Shown here: positions 11,870 through 23,286 of the stretch, one piece after another | How positions within the stretch are numbered: the first letter of the stretch is position 1 | Layout: every line of letters starts with the position of its first letter | Assembly: GCA_032718475.1 (NCBI GenBank) | Contig: JAUCBJ010007594.1 | Span: forward strand, 1-64,000 | DNA from: Nemertoderma westbladi | Lineage: Eukaryota > Animalia > Xenacoelomorpha | DNA length: 64,000 nt | Direction: 5' to 3' | Program-made: the position numbers and the translations under genes | Notes under the pieces: generated by a model | What the model was told of the DNA's origin: nothing | What the model saw: only the letters and a program-made list of their open reading frames with translations | Database searches by the model: none

Positions 11870-14407
11870 AGCTACGTTTACTATTATAAAGCTGTGGGAA
11901 GGTGGTCATTATACCTGCACCCTTAGAAAGGGAGGTTACCTCAGGTAACAATGGCGTAAAGAAAGATCAAGGCAATCAGAAAGCGGAAGAGTGTGGAGAC
12001 CTCGGAATCTTTGGTTATTGATTGGACAGTGAGACATCCCGAGGAGATCACGAGAGCGTACTACCAATGGCTGGCAATAAAGCATCCCGTGCAGGAAGAT
12101 ATATTAGTCGGAACCTATGGGACGCCAGGAGATGAGAGGATGTTTGGGATACCGAGGGAGGGGGGGGGGGGGGGGGGGATAAAGACGTGCCAAAGGGAGT
12201 GTGGAATTCCTTCATGGAGTCAATGGATGGAATGGGATACATGATAGACGACCTCGATGGGAAGACTGAGGAGATCATGAGTGATGAGAGAAGGAAGGTG
12301 ATGGGAAGGAGAGCATTTCAAGTGCAGATTGCGAGTCCGAACGGGAAGATCTTAATCTTTGATTTGGGGATGTAAGACTGCTCAGCCGATAAGTTAATCA
12401 ACAGATTACTGGTGGCTGTACAAAGAATCATTAAAGATCAAATGATAAAATATAGATCGCACATAGTGACGGACATGCGGGTTATGGTACTTCCAGTGGT
12501 GGATATCCTAGACTCACAGGTGCTACACATGGCGATGAATAGACCTCAAGGACTAGGGTTGATCAAAGCCAGTGACACGTGTTGGATGGTGGCAGTAGGA
12601 AACCTGATCAGGTTGATAACCCATAAACAATGAATATTGAATAAGGACAAGTTCTGGAAGGAGTTCGGGTGAGAACTCGCATCAATGATAAAATGGGAAA
12701 TGAGTCCGAAACAAGAGACCTTGTTTATATTCTAGGAAGGAACCTGTAGACTGGGCCAATGAAGATATATATTACATGAAGATTGGTGACTAATAGGTCT
12801 AGTCAACCTATTCGTCAAGTGGCAATAAAAAGGTACTATCTTAGTTTCCTTACAAACTGTGGAAATTTAACTTATGTAATTGGTCAAACAATTTCTAAGA
12901 TAGCACCTTTCTAATGAATTATTTAAAAAGGTGCTATCTCAGAAACTGTATAAGGGATAACTGAGGGATAACGGATAAGGTGATAACTTTCTAACCAATC
13001 ATTAGAAAGGCGCTATCTCAGGATACAACATAAAAGTTCTTTGATCGAGCCTTTTTAATGAATTTGTTAAAAAGGAGCTATCCTGGAATTCGTCAATATT
13101 CTAATTTCAATTACAATTTAATTGAATTTTCTGCATTTAATTTAAATCAAATCATTTAAATGTGATAATTTTCATAATAACCCACTATCAAAAATTATAT
13201 CTTCTTATGCGGAATTATATAGACTTTCACATGAAATGAATATCTAAATTTTTTGAAAAATTTTAGATAGCGCCTTTTTTTGCCACATGACATATTCGTC
13301 ACAGGTCTTCCGGAAGAGGCATATCATCTATAAGGTTGTTGAAGGGGTCCTCAACTACCAAGGTCAGAAGGAAGAAGATATGTTCTACAATCCGGAATAT
13401 CTGCTGTTGGACATTGGAGTGGACGACCCCAATGCCAGGAGGCATAAGGATGAGGAGGTGCGCATCCAGAACAAAGAGGAGGATGATGCGGAGCTAGCAA
13501 GATTTAGGGAGACGCTATATCGAGAAGATGAAAACAAGCTCAATGAGGATCAGGATACAGATTTCTCGATGTTCTATCCATCAGGCTCGAGTAACGACAT
13601 GGATTTTGGATCTCATCATCGATCTCAGGGTGGTTTGATAGAATCACGGAAAGGTGTGGATGCGGCCCAGTGGACTCCGTATTCTAACCTTCTGAGGTTA
13701 CAGGATATGACAGAGTAAAGGAGAATGGAGTGGACCCGGATGGAGACTGGGAGTCATCCATTCGATGGGATGTCAAGATGGTAGGTAGATCGTACACAGA
13801 CTGGCATGAGGGGTGGGCAATCCCCGAAGCAGGTGCTCACACATCTTGGGATTTGTCCCAACACCAAATGAGATAAACCGGATCATGAGATTTTGACCCA
13901 TCCGTGTCCACAAGTCAATTGCAACATGAGGAAGGGCTGATGATGCAACCAATGGAGAGAATGACAAAAGAAAACGTCAGGATATACCAACGTTTTAATA
14001 GACCAGGGAGGGAACGAGAAGATGGGGTAGATGAATTCGGGCGAACAATTTCGTTCGAAGGCAGCGACTATTGTGGTAGATGAACCCACAAGCAGCAGGA
14101 TTGTCTACATCAATACAAGACAGGGATAAAGTCTCTCTATTGTAAGAATATATGGGAAATCCAGAAGTTTCTCAGGGAGCATCTACCAAGATGGATGAGG
14201 GATACTATGAGGAGGACAGGGATGGGTTCAGGTGGAGGATGTAAAAAGGGACCATTGGCCAAACGGATATGCGGGGCATATGACTGGGAGGAAAGGAAGG
14301 ATAAGCTGAAGCAGAGAACTGCTGGATTACACGAGCGAGTTAAGTTGGGACTGGAGAGGTTGCGAAACATGGACTTGGAGGAAGGTCTGAAAAGGAAACT
14401 AGATTAG
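11870..14407 (+). pseudogene. Degenerate accessory ORF with a DEDDy-like exonuclease domain (element D), homologous to the ORF at 35512-32182
   Basis: WNSFMESMDGMGYMIDDLDG...QVQIASPNGKILIFDL...VQRIIKD...ILDSQV aligns with WNRTLRSFQENGYMYYDNEG...IQFRAADGVLHVF...VRNIILD. It has many stops and frameshifts. Confidence 0.6.
12814..13291. mobile_element. MITE inserted into element D
   Basis: Imperfect ~28-bp TIRs (GTCAAGTGGCAATAAAAAGGTACTATCT / AGATAGCGCCTTTTTTTGCCACATGAC) and internal AGGYGCTATCT repeats. TATTCGTCA occurs at both boundaries. Confidence 0.6.
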
Positions 14408-15096
14408 ATATATGCAGGTAGGAACATTAATATTACTTACATTGTACATCTTTGAAATTGTAAACAAATATTGTTATTATTATTAAGTGAGCGAAGGTTG
14501 CTATTTTGCTCAGAATAGAATCTGCTTATGATGTAGCTACTGTAGGTACCTGTTGAGTGTGTTGTATATTGCCAATAAAAGGTATGTTTATCTGCAACTC
14601 TCCCCCTCCTTTTTAGGTCCACGTAGCAAGACCTCTAGTATTCACTCCGTTGTTGGTGTTATGGTGTTCTTGTTGTTAATTTACAGTTGGGTTTTAGTTT
14701 TATAAAAGTTTAGTTTAGTTTAGATATTTTTAGCTTCAAACGGAGCAGTGTCAAATTTGGTAAAGCTTTGGACTTGGAATCTCTAGGCCTACATGCCGAG
14801 TTCAATCCCACTTTTCGGTGAATATTTTTGGTAGTAAGATTGGTAGTAAGCCATTCAAGGAGGCAGTTAATGCGTTAGTAGGGACCTGCGTGATTTCGCG
14901 CTTGTTTATGTTGTGCTTTGTATACAAATGATGAACTGATGGCGGACCCCATGTAGACCCTACCGTAGTTTTTCTTTCTACCTACTGTATACAATTAAAT
15001 CTATTATAAAATTTATCCAAAAATTAAGATTTGTGCCTGCCTACCCTGATATACACTCGCCTACCCAACTATAAAATCCTGGCTACGGGCCTGATA

Positions 15097-16952
15097 TAGG
15101 ATTAGGCCTCACATAGAGAAACTACTGTGTAAGAGCCAAAACGGATTTCGACCAAGTAGATCAATAATAGCTCAGATACTTGCACTACGGAGACTGATTG
15201 AAGGAATTAAGTCGAAGAATCTCCCCGCAGTCATGACTTTTGTGGACTACAAGAAGGCATTCGACTCCATCCATAGAGGCAAATTGCTTGAAATCCTAAG
15301 TGCTTATGAAATACCAGAAGTACTTGTTGCTGGCATTGCATTGTTATATTGTGACACAGAAGCGCAGGTACTGCCACCATATGGTGAAACTGAGTTTTTC
15401 TCAATCCTGGCTGGGGTATTGCAAGGTGACACATTAGCACCATTACTATTTGTAATTGTGCTCTATTATGAAATGAGGACAGCCACAAAGGGTGAAGACT
15501 TGGGATTCACACTTGAAGAACGCAGAAGTAGTAGATATCCGGCTACTACAGTCACAGACACCGAATTTGCGGATGACATCGCCCTGCTCTCTAATACTCT
15601 AGCAGATGCACAGCTTCTACTGAATAAAGTGGAGAGTGCTGCCAAGGAGGTTGGATTGCATATAAATGGTACCAAGACCGAATTCATGACCTTTAATGTT
15701 GATGGAATCTTGACAACCATTGACGATAATCAACTAAGGAAGGTTGACGATTTCCAGTACCTTCGATCATGGATAGAGAGTAGCAAAAAGGACATAAAAG
15801 TTAGGAAAGCAAATGCTTGGGTAGCTCTATCAAAAATGGATACCATCTGGAAATCAGATCTATCCAGGCTCCTGATGACTAAGTTCTTTCGATCCACAGT
15901 GGAAAGTGTATTTTTATACGGGGGTGAGACCTGGACAATGACTAAATCACTTGAACAACGAATTGATGGTTGCCACACAAGACTACTAAGGGCAGCCCTA
16001 AACATCAGCTGGAGACAAAACGGCACCACTGTGGAGTGGGTCACCATTTTAATTTTTTTTTATTGTGTTTTTTAACCGATATTATAAGTGTACTAAGTTT
16101 ATTTAAATATTGTTTCCAACTACAACACAATTCTAGAACGTTTATATTCATTTCATATTTTAAAGATTCATTTGTGTTTTTTGACATTATGAGTACAAAC
16201 ATTCAAAGACATTTATATTCGAGACAGTCCACTGATTTAAATATTATAGAAATTTCCCAAAATTTAAAAGATGAGGGGAGTGCGATAACATTTGCACAAT
16301 CCTGTGGCCTGTTACCCATACCCACTAGTAAAAGTTCTTGCAAACATGTTGGTTGTAGCTACTCTGCCCACATTTTTAGACGTACAAAACACGGAGGTAC
16401 TTGTCTAATGTGGCGTTGCAAAGGGCCACAAAGACACCAATTATCGGCAAGAAACGGGACGTGGTTTGGTGCATCTAAACTACTAGTATCCCAGATTCTA
16501 TGGATTACGTTTATCCATTCAAATTATTATTATCGTTTATCCAAATTCACTTATTCTAATAAACAAAACTAATGTTTATAGTGTGTGTAAAAAATAGTAA
16601 ATATATAATTGTATAAAATTAAAAAATAAATGGTGACCCACTCCACAGTGGTGCCAGACAAAACATGACAAACGCCGAGCTTTATGGTACAATACCACCT
16701 GTATCAACCACCCTCCGTGAACGCAGATTAAGATTCAGTGGGCACTGCTGGCGAAGTAAAGACGAGGTCATTTTTCTGGCAACCAACTCATGGAAAGCGT
16801 AGTCGTCGACGACCGGCCATAACATATATAGATCAACTTGAAAGGGATACTGAACTTGAGAGAAACGAAATTGCGACAACTATGGAGAATCGGGAAGCCC
16901 AGAAGGATCTCATTTCCACTGTCCGAGTTCGCTCGACCTAGTAGTAGTAGTA
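15097..16952 (+). mobile_element. 5'-truncated RTE-group LINE (reverse transcriptase), interrupted by a Merlin element
   Basis: QNGFR, FVDYKKAFDS, GVLQGDTLAP, FADD and LYGGETWT motifs. The ORF resumes after 16664 and ends in a (TAG)n tail at 16939-16952. Confidence 0.9.
16022..16655 (+). mobile_element. Merlin (IS1595-like) internal-deletion derivative
   Basis: Perfect 28-bp TIR GGCACCACTGTGGAGTGGGTCACCATTT and a 9-bp TSD AGACAAAAC. The ORF from the ATG at 16189 encodes the N-terminal region (FAQSCGLL...WRC...SARNGTWF..SKL) but no DDE domain. Confidence 0.88.
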
Positions 16953-17596
16953 TGGATATTAGTTTTGTGTATATAATATGTTGTAACCTCATTATTAGCC
17001 AGTTGTGTGAGCATTTTAGATAGGATGTATCGAACTAGTTTGTACCTGTCATTCAGTAGTCATTAAGAGTCATCTAGTACAGTTATTATTCAGCATCAGA
17101 TCTATATTCAATTACATTAACAATTTCCTTTATCAATGAACAATTCAACGTTTTTTAAATTTTAGAATTTAATATTACTACTCTATAACCAAAACCAAAA
17201 AATTAAAATAATGTTGCCAAAATATAATATTAAAAATACAGTTCTGGAATATGTTGTAGAGGAAACAGGCACTGTTAAATGGAAATGAGCGGTGTAGAGG
17301 AATATTTTTACATAAAATTCCCAAAAGTTCAGAAGCGAATATCTCAGGATGCCCAAAGGGTCACCCAGGCTTATTTTAACTGGAAAATAATGCTCTTCAA
17401 GATTTGCTATAGATTTGCAGTTTCGCAAACAATGGTCATGGACTCTAACTGGCGTGAGTCTACTATAGGCATAATGGTTTACATGTAAATTAAGCACTTT
17501 TTCGAGAAGCACTGGAAATACTAGTTAATTAGATTATAAAATTAATTTCGAACGTTAAGTTAGAACGTTATAATATTGAGATATTTTATCATTCAG

Positions 17597-17722
17597 ATAT
17601 TAATGAATGTTCAACTGATACTCATAATTGTGATACTAATGCAAGCTGCACAAATACTATGGATGGATTCATTTGTGAATGTAATGTTGGCTATTATGGC
17701 GATGGTGTATGGTATTGCGATG
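17597..17722 (+). CDS. Host gene exon: calcium-binding EGF-like domain (missed by the ORF track)
   Basis: ttcag|...|gtaagt, 126 nt, phase 1-1. Encodes DINECSTDTHNCDTNASCTNTMDGFICECNVGYYGDGVWYCD. Confidence 0.93.
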
Positions 17723-18577
17723 GTAAGTTACTCTTGTAATAAATTTAAATATGGAAAGAATTTTGATGCTATCAATGTAAATTAAATAAATTATTGAATT
17801 ATTTCATTGATTTACTTATATATGATTCTACACACCCTGTTTATGAAACTATCTACTATGTGATAAATATAATGTAATAATTATTTCCCTTTCATGGTCT
17901 TCGGTCCATCCTCAGCGCACCCAACACACAATTTTCACTTCACTGGTGGCGCACCATTCTTTTGTGTCATAAACCCCAACATTAGTCTCAATGTTCTCCA
18001 GCTTGATGGTGGAAGCGGGAAATACACGGAAGAGGATAAGGAAATCCAGAAAGTTAAGGCCTCCAAAATAAGGGATGTCTAAAGTTCTAAGGCTCTATAT
18101 GATATCCGGTGCCTTCCCCATCCCTGATGACAAGATGTTCCATCATTTAATTGTTTGGAGCTCTTCCATGAAGAAACTCACCAATTAAGTTCTGGTACTC
18201 TGAACTTCATGAGATGGAAGCTTCACCTCCCAATCATGAAATAAAACACGCAGGAATCCCTACTCGCCGAATATAGTGTGTTAGAAGCAAAGGGAGTATT
18301 TCTTGGTTGTATGGGGACAATTGGAAAACGGCCGTACGGTCAAACCCGACAGTTCCATTTATCAGCTTAATCCGGTTATGGGGAAAGATAAACTGATATG
18401 GCAAATGTATGGCAATTGCGCTGATTGAATACGACATCAAGTATCTGGTGATTATCCTTGGAGCCTCCCATCTGGCTAAACTTTTAATACATCAATGTTA
18501 TCAGGATAATCTACATGCCGGACAGAACTGGCCAATATCCAGCAGAAATACTGGATAATACGGATCCAGCCCATTAA

Positions 18578-18775
18578 CCCTATTAGTACCAGGCTATAAA
18601 ATGTTGTACAAATACAGGGGGGGGGGGGGGGGGGGGGGGGTCATATTGACCCATCCTTCTAAAATCAACAAATTTTTACGGAAACTGTTTTGTTTGTACG
18701 TAGGTATCACTAGTCTGGATCCGACCGAAAATAAAAATTTCGAAAAAATGTACACTGGGGTGCAAAATACATGAA
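18578..18775. mobile_element. Left end of the piggyBac MITE family seen complete at 36738
   Basis: TTAA|CCCTATTAGTACC..., collinear with sequence starting at 36738. Confidence 0.8.
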
Positions 18776-18919
18776 CATAAAATACATATTCTAAAGTTTC
18801 AGTTTCCGTCAATTCGGGTTCGATGACCCCTACTATTTATATGGCCACTACATGGCTCCCCCAGAACCTGAATTAATAAAAATAGTCCGGCTGCCGGATG
18901 GCCCGCCAACTTCGAGTTG

Positions 18920-19255
18920 CTATGGTAGTTTGCGGTGGGTCGGGTGAGTTGCAGAGACTGGGGGAGGGAGGTCCGGGGGTGTCACTGTAGGTGGTCGACC
19001 ACAACGCGGTGGGACGGCCACAGTGATGGGTTCATCGATAGCGAGGTGGGCCGGTTTGAGTCTGTCGATGGAGACAGTCTCATGATGCCCGCCCACCTCG
19101 ATGACGAACGTCTTTGGGCCATGCTGTACAACCTTGTACGACCTGGTGTAGGGCCGCTGTAAAGAAGCACGGTGAGCAACGGTGCGCAGGAAGGCATAAT
19201 CACTGGTGGTTATTTGTGACGGCACTGACGAGTTTGTGGGTGTGCTAAGCCACAA
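18920..19255 (-). pseudogene. Gypsy integrase C-terminal (GPY/F) fragment
   Basis: AFLRTVAHRASLQRPYTRSYKVV...TVSIDRLKPAHL. Confidence 0.8.
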
Positions 19256-19259
19256 CTTA

Positions 19260-22200
19260 CAGGGGTGAAATCTTACAGCACAGAAGGTTCGCCATGTCCT
19301 GCAATTGTCTGATTGTTACAGTTGAAAAATTGTGAATACTATAAACTGATATAATTGTATTGAAATTATTGCTTGTACAAAAACAGATATGTTGAGATAG
19401 ATATATTGATGTATAGAAACTGGTACATGAATGTCAGACATCAGAATGTCAGAATGTTACAGTTACATAATATATCGGACTTTACAAATACTGTAACAGC
19501 ACAGCATATAACTATATAAAGTAACCAATCTAAACTATAGAACAACTATAACTAAGAACTATCAACTATAATAAGAAATATAATGAGAACTATGCCTGTA
19601 TGCTACTATACTATACTATATTACATGTATTATACTACTATACTATTGAAAGATCATGGAGCTTCCTACCCCTGATTGACTGCTTCCGGTGTCTGACTGT
19701 ATGTATGCATGCAGTACGTCAGTACTGCAGTACCCGTATGATGTTCTGACTGCTGATCAATAATAATGATGCCAGCTAGGCAGACAGATTCCTGATATTA
19801 CGGAGGTTGGGATGGATAAGCCAATCAGGGAACAGGACAGTAATCCTACCTTATAAGGTAATACAAACATAAGGTTGCGTGCGCTGTCTCTATTATAAGG
19901 AGACAGCTGGTAATAAAATGCACAAATAGAAATATATGTGGGGCGAGTCATAAACTATGAAAAGCTCTAAGGCAATATAATATTCTTAGTTAAAGATAAT
20001 AAAGATATTGTAACTCTCTATATAAATGCATAATAGGTAGTTGACATCCCCACACCCACGACAGTGGCTTAGGGCCGCTGCCGTAACTATAAATTACGAC
20101 ATAATATGTACATATATAATATATAATGCACAATGAAAGGACATATAAAGTAATAATGTGAAATCAAACTCAAATAAAGTCACATAATATTTATATCTTT
20201 ACAAATGTCGGTTGGTGCTTTTGACTAGTTTTAAAATCTCACAATTGATTAAACAAATTATAAACTAAAACTCAGCTCAAAATGCACAAATAAATGCCAT
20301 TCTTATATATAGAAACTCTACTAATTTATATAGATTACTTTCAATGAAAATAATTACCGTAATTCATAGTAATAATGTTTCTTAGTAAGTTAAGACATAC
20401 TTAATAACAATATAAGTCCATAGATAAGATTAAATTGAGAAACGGTAATTTAAATATTCACCAAGGAGTATTAAAGAGAGCAAAAATGAATACGAAAATA
20501 CGAAAGAAAATACCATGAAATAACTATATATAACATCAATATAGTCATCAATCTATTATTACTAATTATAATCGAAGTACATCAATCATCGTAATGTTAG
20601 TGATATTTAACTGCTTTGATCGACTTTATTCCCAAACATCGAGTAACAAGTATAAAACGAGTTGTATATAAACACTAAATCCATTATCGTCAACAAACAT
20701 AAATTAAATATTCAGGGTAGAGGGATTGGGTTCAGAATGGGGTAAGGGACAAGATAGACCAGGGGGGGGGGGGGGGGGGGCAAAATGGAAAGGGAAAAGA
20801 GGGACAGGAAGAACGATACGAGAGGAATAGGCTGGACAGTGGACAGGGAAAATAAAGATGTCATATCAACAATGGAGTGCGCGCATCCTGGGGGGCCCAC
20901 ACACCCGTGAAACGTCACGGGAGGATAGATAAGGGAATATCAATTGTATAATAATAAAACTGTATTCATTATGTAGATTGCATGCATATCCATCCAATCC
21001 ATCCAAAAATTCACATCTATATAAATAATAGAATATCGTTATATCATTAAGTCGTATCCATATCCATATCGTATCATTATCATTATCAATCAGCATATAT
21101 AAATATATAAGTATATAAAATAATGAATTTAGTAACGGTAATTATAACATCATCATTTGGGTATAATCCATTAGTAATTGTTGACCATATATCATTACAG
21201 GGTTGTATATAACTTGAGTATATTATGTATAATATATATATATATATATAAATTAGAGTAGATATCTTTAATCTGCTTGTTCTAACAAGCAAAGTGTATG
21301 AATTGGGCGCTCAAGAAGTGAGCCACCTTTGAGTAAAACTTCAGCTACTCGGACTTGTTTATCTTCACCCGGGAAGACTTTAGTGACTCGTCCGATTGTC
21401 CAAGCTCCCTTGATGGAATCATCATCCATCACAAGTACAACATCATGAACCTTAAGGTTGTAGCCTGGACGGTACCACTTGGTTCGGGTATGTAAAGTAG
21501 GTAGATATTCACGAATCCACCTGCTCCAGAAAAAGTTAGAAAGAACTTGGGCTTGTCTCCAGGTGGTTTCAACACCTTTATTTGCGGTAATAAACAATCC
21601 TGGTGGGAGGTTTGAGACTGGATCTAAACAAAGTGCGTGGTTAGGAGTTAGAACAGTATCACCATGAACATCATCAGTGGTGAGGTACAGTGGCCGACTG
21701 TTCATAATGGCTGCGGCTTCAGAGAGAACAGTGCGGAGTGTGTCCTCACTGACAAGATGCGTTTCCAATGTGATTCGTAATATCTTCTTTGTCATTCCAA
21801 CAAGACGTTCCCAAACACCAGACATGTGAGGAGAACATGGGGGGTGCCAATGAAATTTGAGTGTATGATTGGGTACTAATACGTTTGAAAAATCGATATG
21901 TTGAAGATCCTCTAGGGCCTCCTTCAGTTGTTTCTCTGCACCAACAAAGTTTGTTCCATTGTCAGAATACATGTGCGCAACTCTTCGAGCTCTCGAGTTT
22001 ATGAAGCGACGGAATGTATTGATGAATGCATTCGTGGATAAGTCCGAAACAAGATCGATATCGACTGCACGAGTTGTTAGACAAGTGTACAACACTACCC
22101 AACGCTTAATTGATCCACGACCATATTTAGCCTTGACTGGGCCAAAATAATGGACACCCGTATGTGTCCATGGAGGAAGATATGGAATAGTACGAAAATG

Positions 22201-23286
22201 TGGCAAATCTGCCATACGTTGTTTCATTCGCTTACGATTTCGAATCTTACAAATCATGCAACGACTTAAAAATCTTAATACCTGATTCCTCAACCCAATA
22301 ATCCAATAACTACGGCGGATCTCATTTGTCATATGTTCACGACCTGCATGTCTCAAGGAACGATGAAGATCATTTATGAGGATAGGAATAATAGCTGAGT
22401 TCTTGGGGATAATTATGGGATTTGATTCATCAAAATTCAAGGCAGTGGTTACACACCTTGAACCCATTCTTATCAATCCATCACTATCAATATGTGGATT
22501 AAATCTCTCAATAGGACTTCCTTTACGAACTGGAAGATTGGAACTTAACCTTACAAGATCATCATGAAGCGGAAGTTGAGAATACTTGAGGACTGCGATT
22601 TTCGCTGCAAGTATCTCATCTGGACTCAAACGATCTTCAAGGGGAGGTATGAGCTCAGAACTGTTATGACATTTATAATATTGCGCTATACAAGCACGAC
22701 GAATACGTGCTACGCAACGATATAGACGATCTGATTCGCTAAAATGTTCTATAAACTTACGAGTATACCCATTGGTATTTGCTGAATTGGTAAAATTTAT
22801 TGAAATATCCTGCCTCAACTCTGAAAGATCATCAGGATAATCAGTATCCTTAACATGCGTTTTTGGCCATGATTCCTCTGGACCACTAAGAAACTGTGGT
22901 CCATTAAACCATCTCTTACTATCTACAAGTTGTTCAGGGGTCAGACCCCGAGAAACATCATCGGGAGAGTTACACTCTGTAGGAACATAACGCCAATTAA
23001 CAGTGGAAGTGTTTTTACGAATTTCTGTGACACGATTGTCAACAAAGGTTTTGAGCCGTAACTCGGTATTCTTAATCCAGGCGAGAACAACTTGCGAGTC
23101 AATCCAATAGATGAGTCTTGAGATTGTATAATCTATTTCGAGAGTGACAGCTAGACTTAAACGGAGAGCCATGATTGCTGCCTGTAACTCTAAACGTGGC
23201 ATTGTAACTGCCCGAAGTGGAGCAGTGCGAGCCTTAGAAGTTACATAGGATGTGAATGAATCCTTACGTCGCAAATAATTAACCAC
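19260..23286 (-). mobile_element. 5'-truncated BEL/Pao retrotransposon C
   Basis: Order is pol, ~1.2 kb non-coding, PPT GGGTGTGGGGA (20057-20047), then an LTR starting TGTCAAC at 20046. The far end of the LTR is uncertain. Confidence 0.8.
21268..23286 (-). CDS. BEL/Pao pol C-terminal part (RNase H, zinc finger, integrase, DUF5641-type tail)
   Basis: Open for 672 aa: SKARTAP...TMPRLELQAA, WIDSQVVLAWI, HAG..C..C, SDNGTNF, GVWERLV, RPIHTLCLL. The first catalytic Asp reads His (TGVHYFGP). Confidence 0.92.
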   Translation of the reverse strand: MVNYLRRKDSFTSYVTSKARTAPLRAVTMPRLELQAAIMALRLSLAVTLEIDYTISRLIYWIDSQVVLAWIKNTELRLKTFVDNRVTEIRKNTSTVNWRYVPTECNSPDDVSRGLTPEQLVDSKRWFNGPQFLSGPEESWPKTHVKDTDYPDDLSELRQDISINFTNSANTNGYTRKFIEHFSESDRLYRCVARIRRACIAQYYKCHNSSELIPPLEDRLSPDEILAAKIAVLKYSQLPLHDDLVRLSSNLPVRKGSPIERFNPHIDSDGLIRMGSRCVTTALNFDESNPIIIPKNSAIIPILINDLHRSLRHAGREHMTNEIRRSYWIIGLRNQVLRFLSRCMICKIRNRKRMKQRMADLPHFRTIPYLPPWTHTGVHYFGPVKAKYGRGSIKRWVVLYTCLTTRAVDIDLVSDLSTNAFINTFRRFINSRARRVAHMYSDNGTNFVGAEKQLKEALEDLQHIDFSNVLVPNHTLKFHWHPPCSPHMSGVWERLVGMTKKILRITLETHLVSEDTLRTVLSEAAAIMNSRPLYLTTDDVHGDTVLTPNHALCLDPVSNLPPGLFITANKGVETTWRQAQVLSNFFWSRWIREYLPTLHTRTKWYRPGYNLKVHDVVLVMDDDSIKGAWTIGRVTKVFPGEDKQVRVAEVLLKGGSLLERPIHTLCLLEQAD

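Noticed and set aside
17166-17512. Possible extra host exon or ORFs upstream of the first EGF exon
   Set aside because: No recognisable domain and no consistent splice-bounded open frame.
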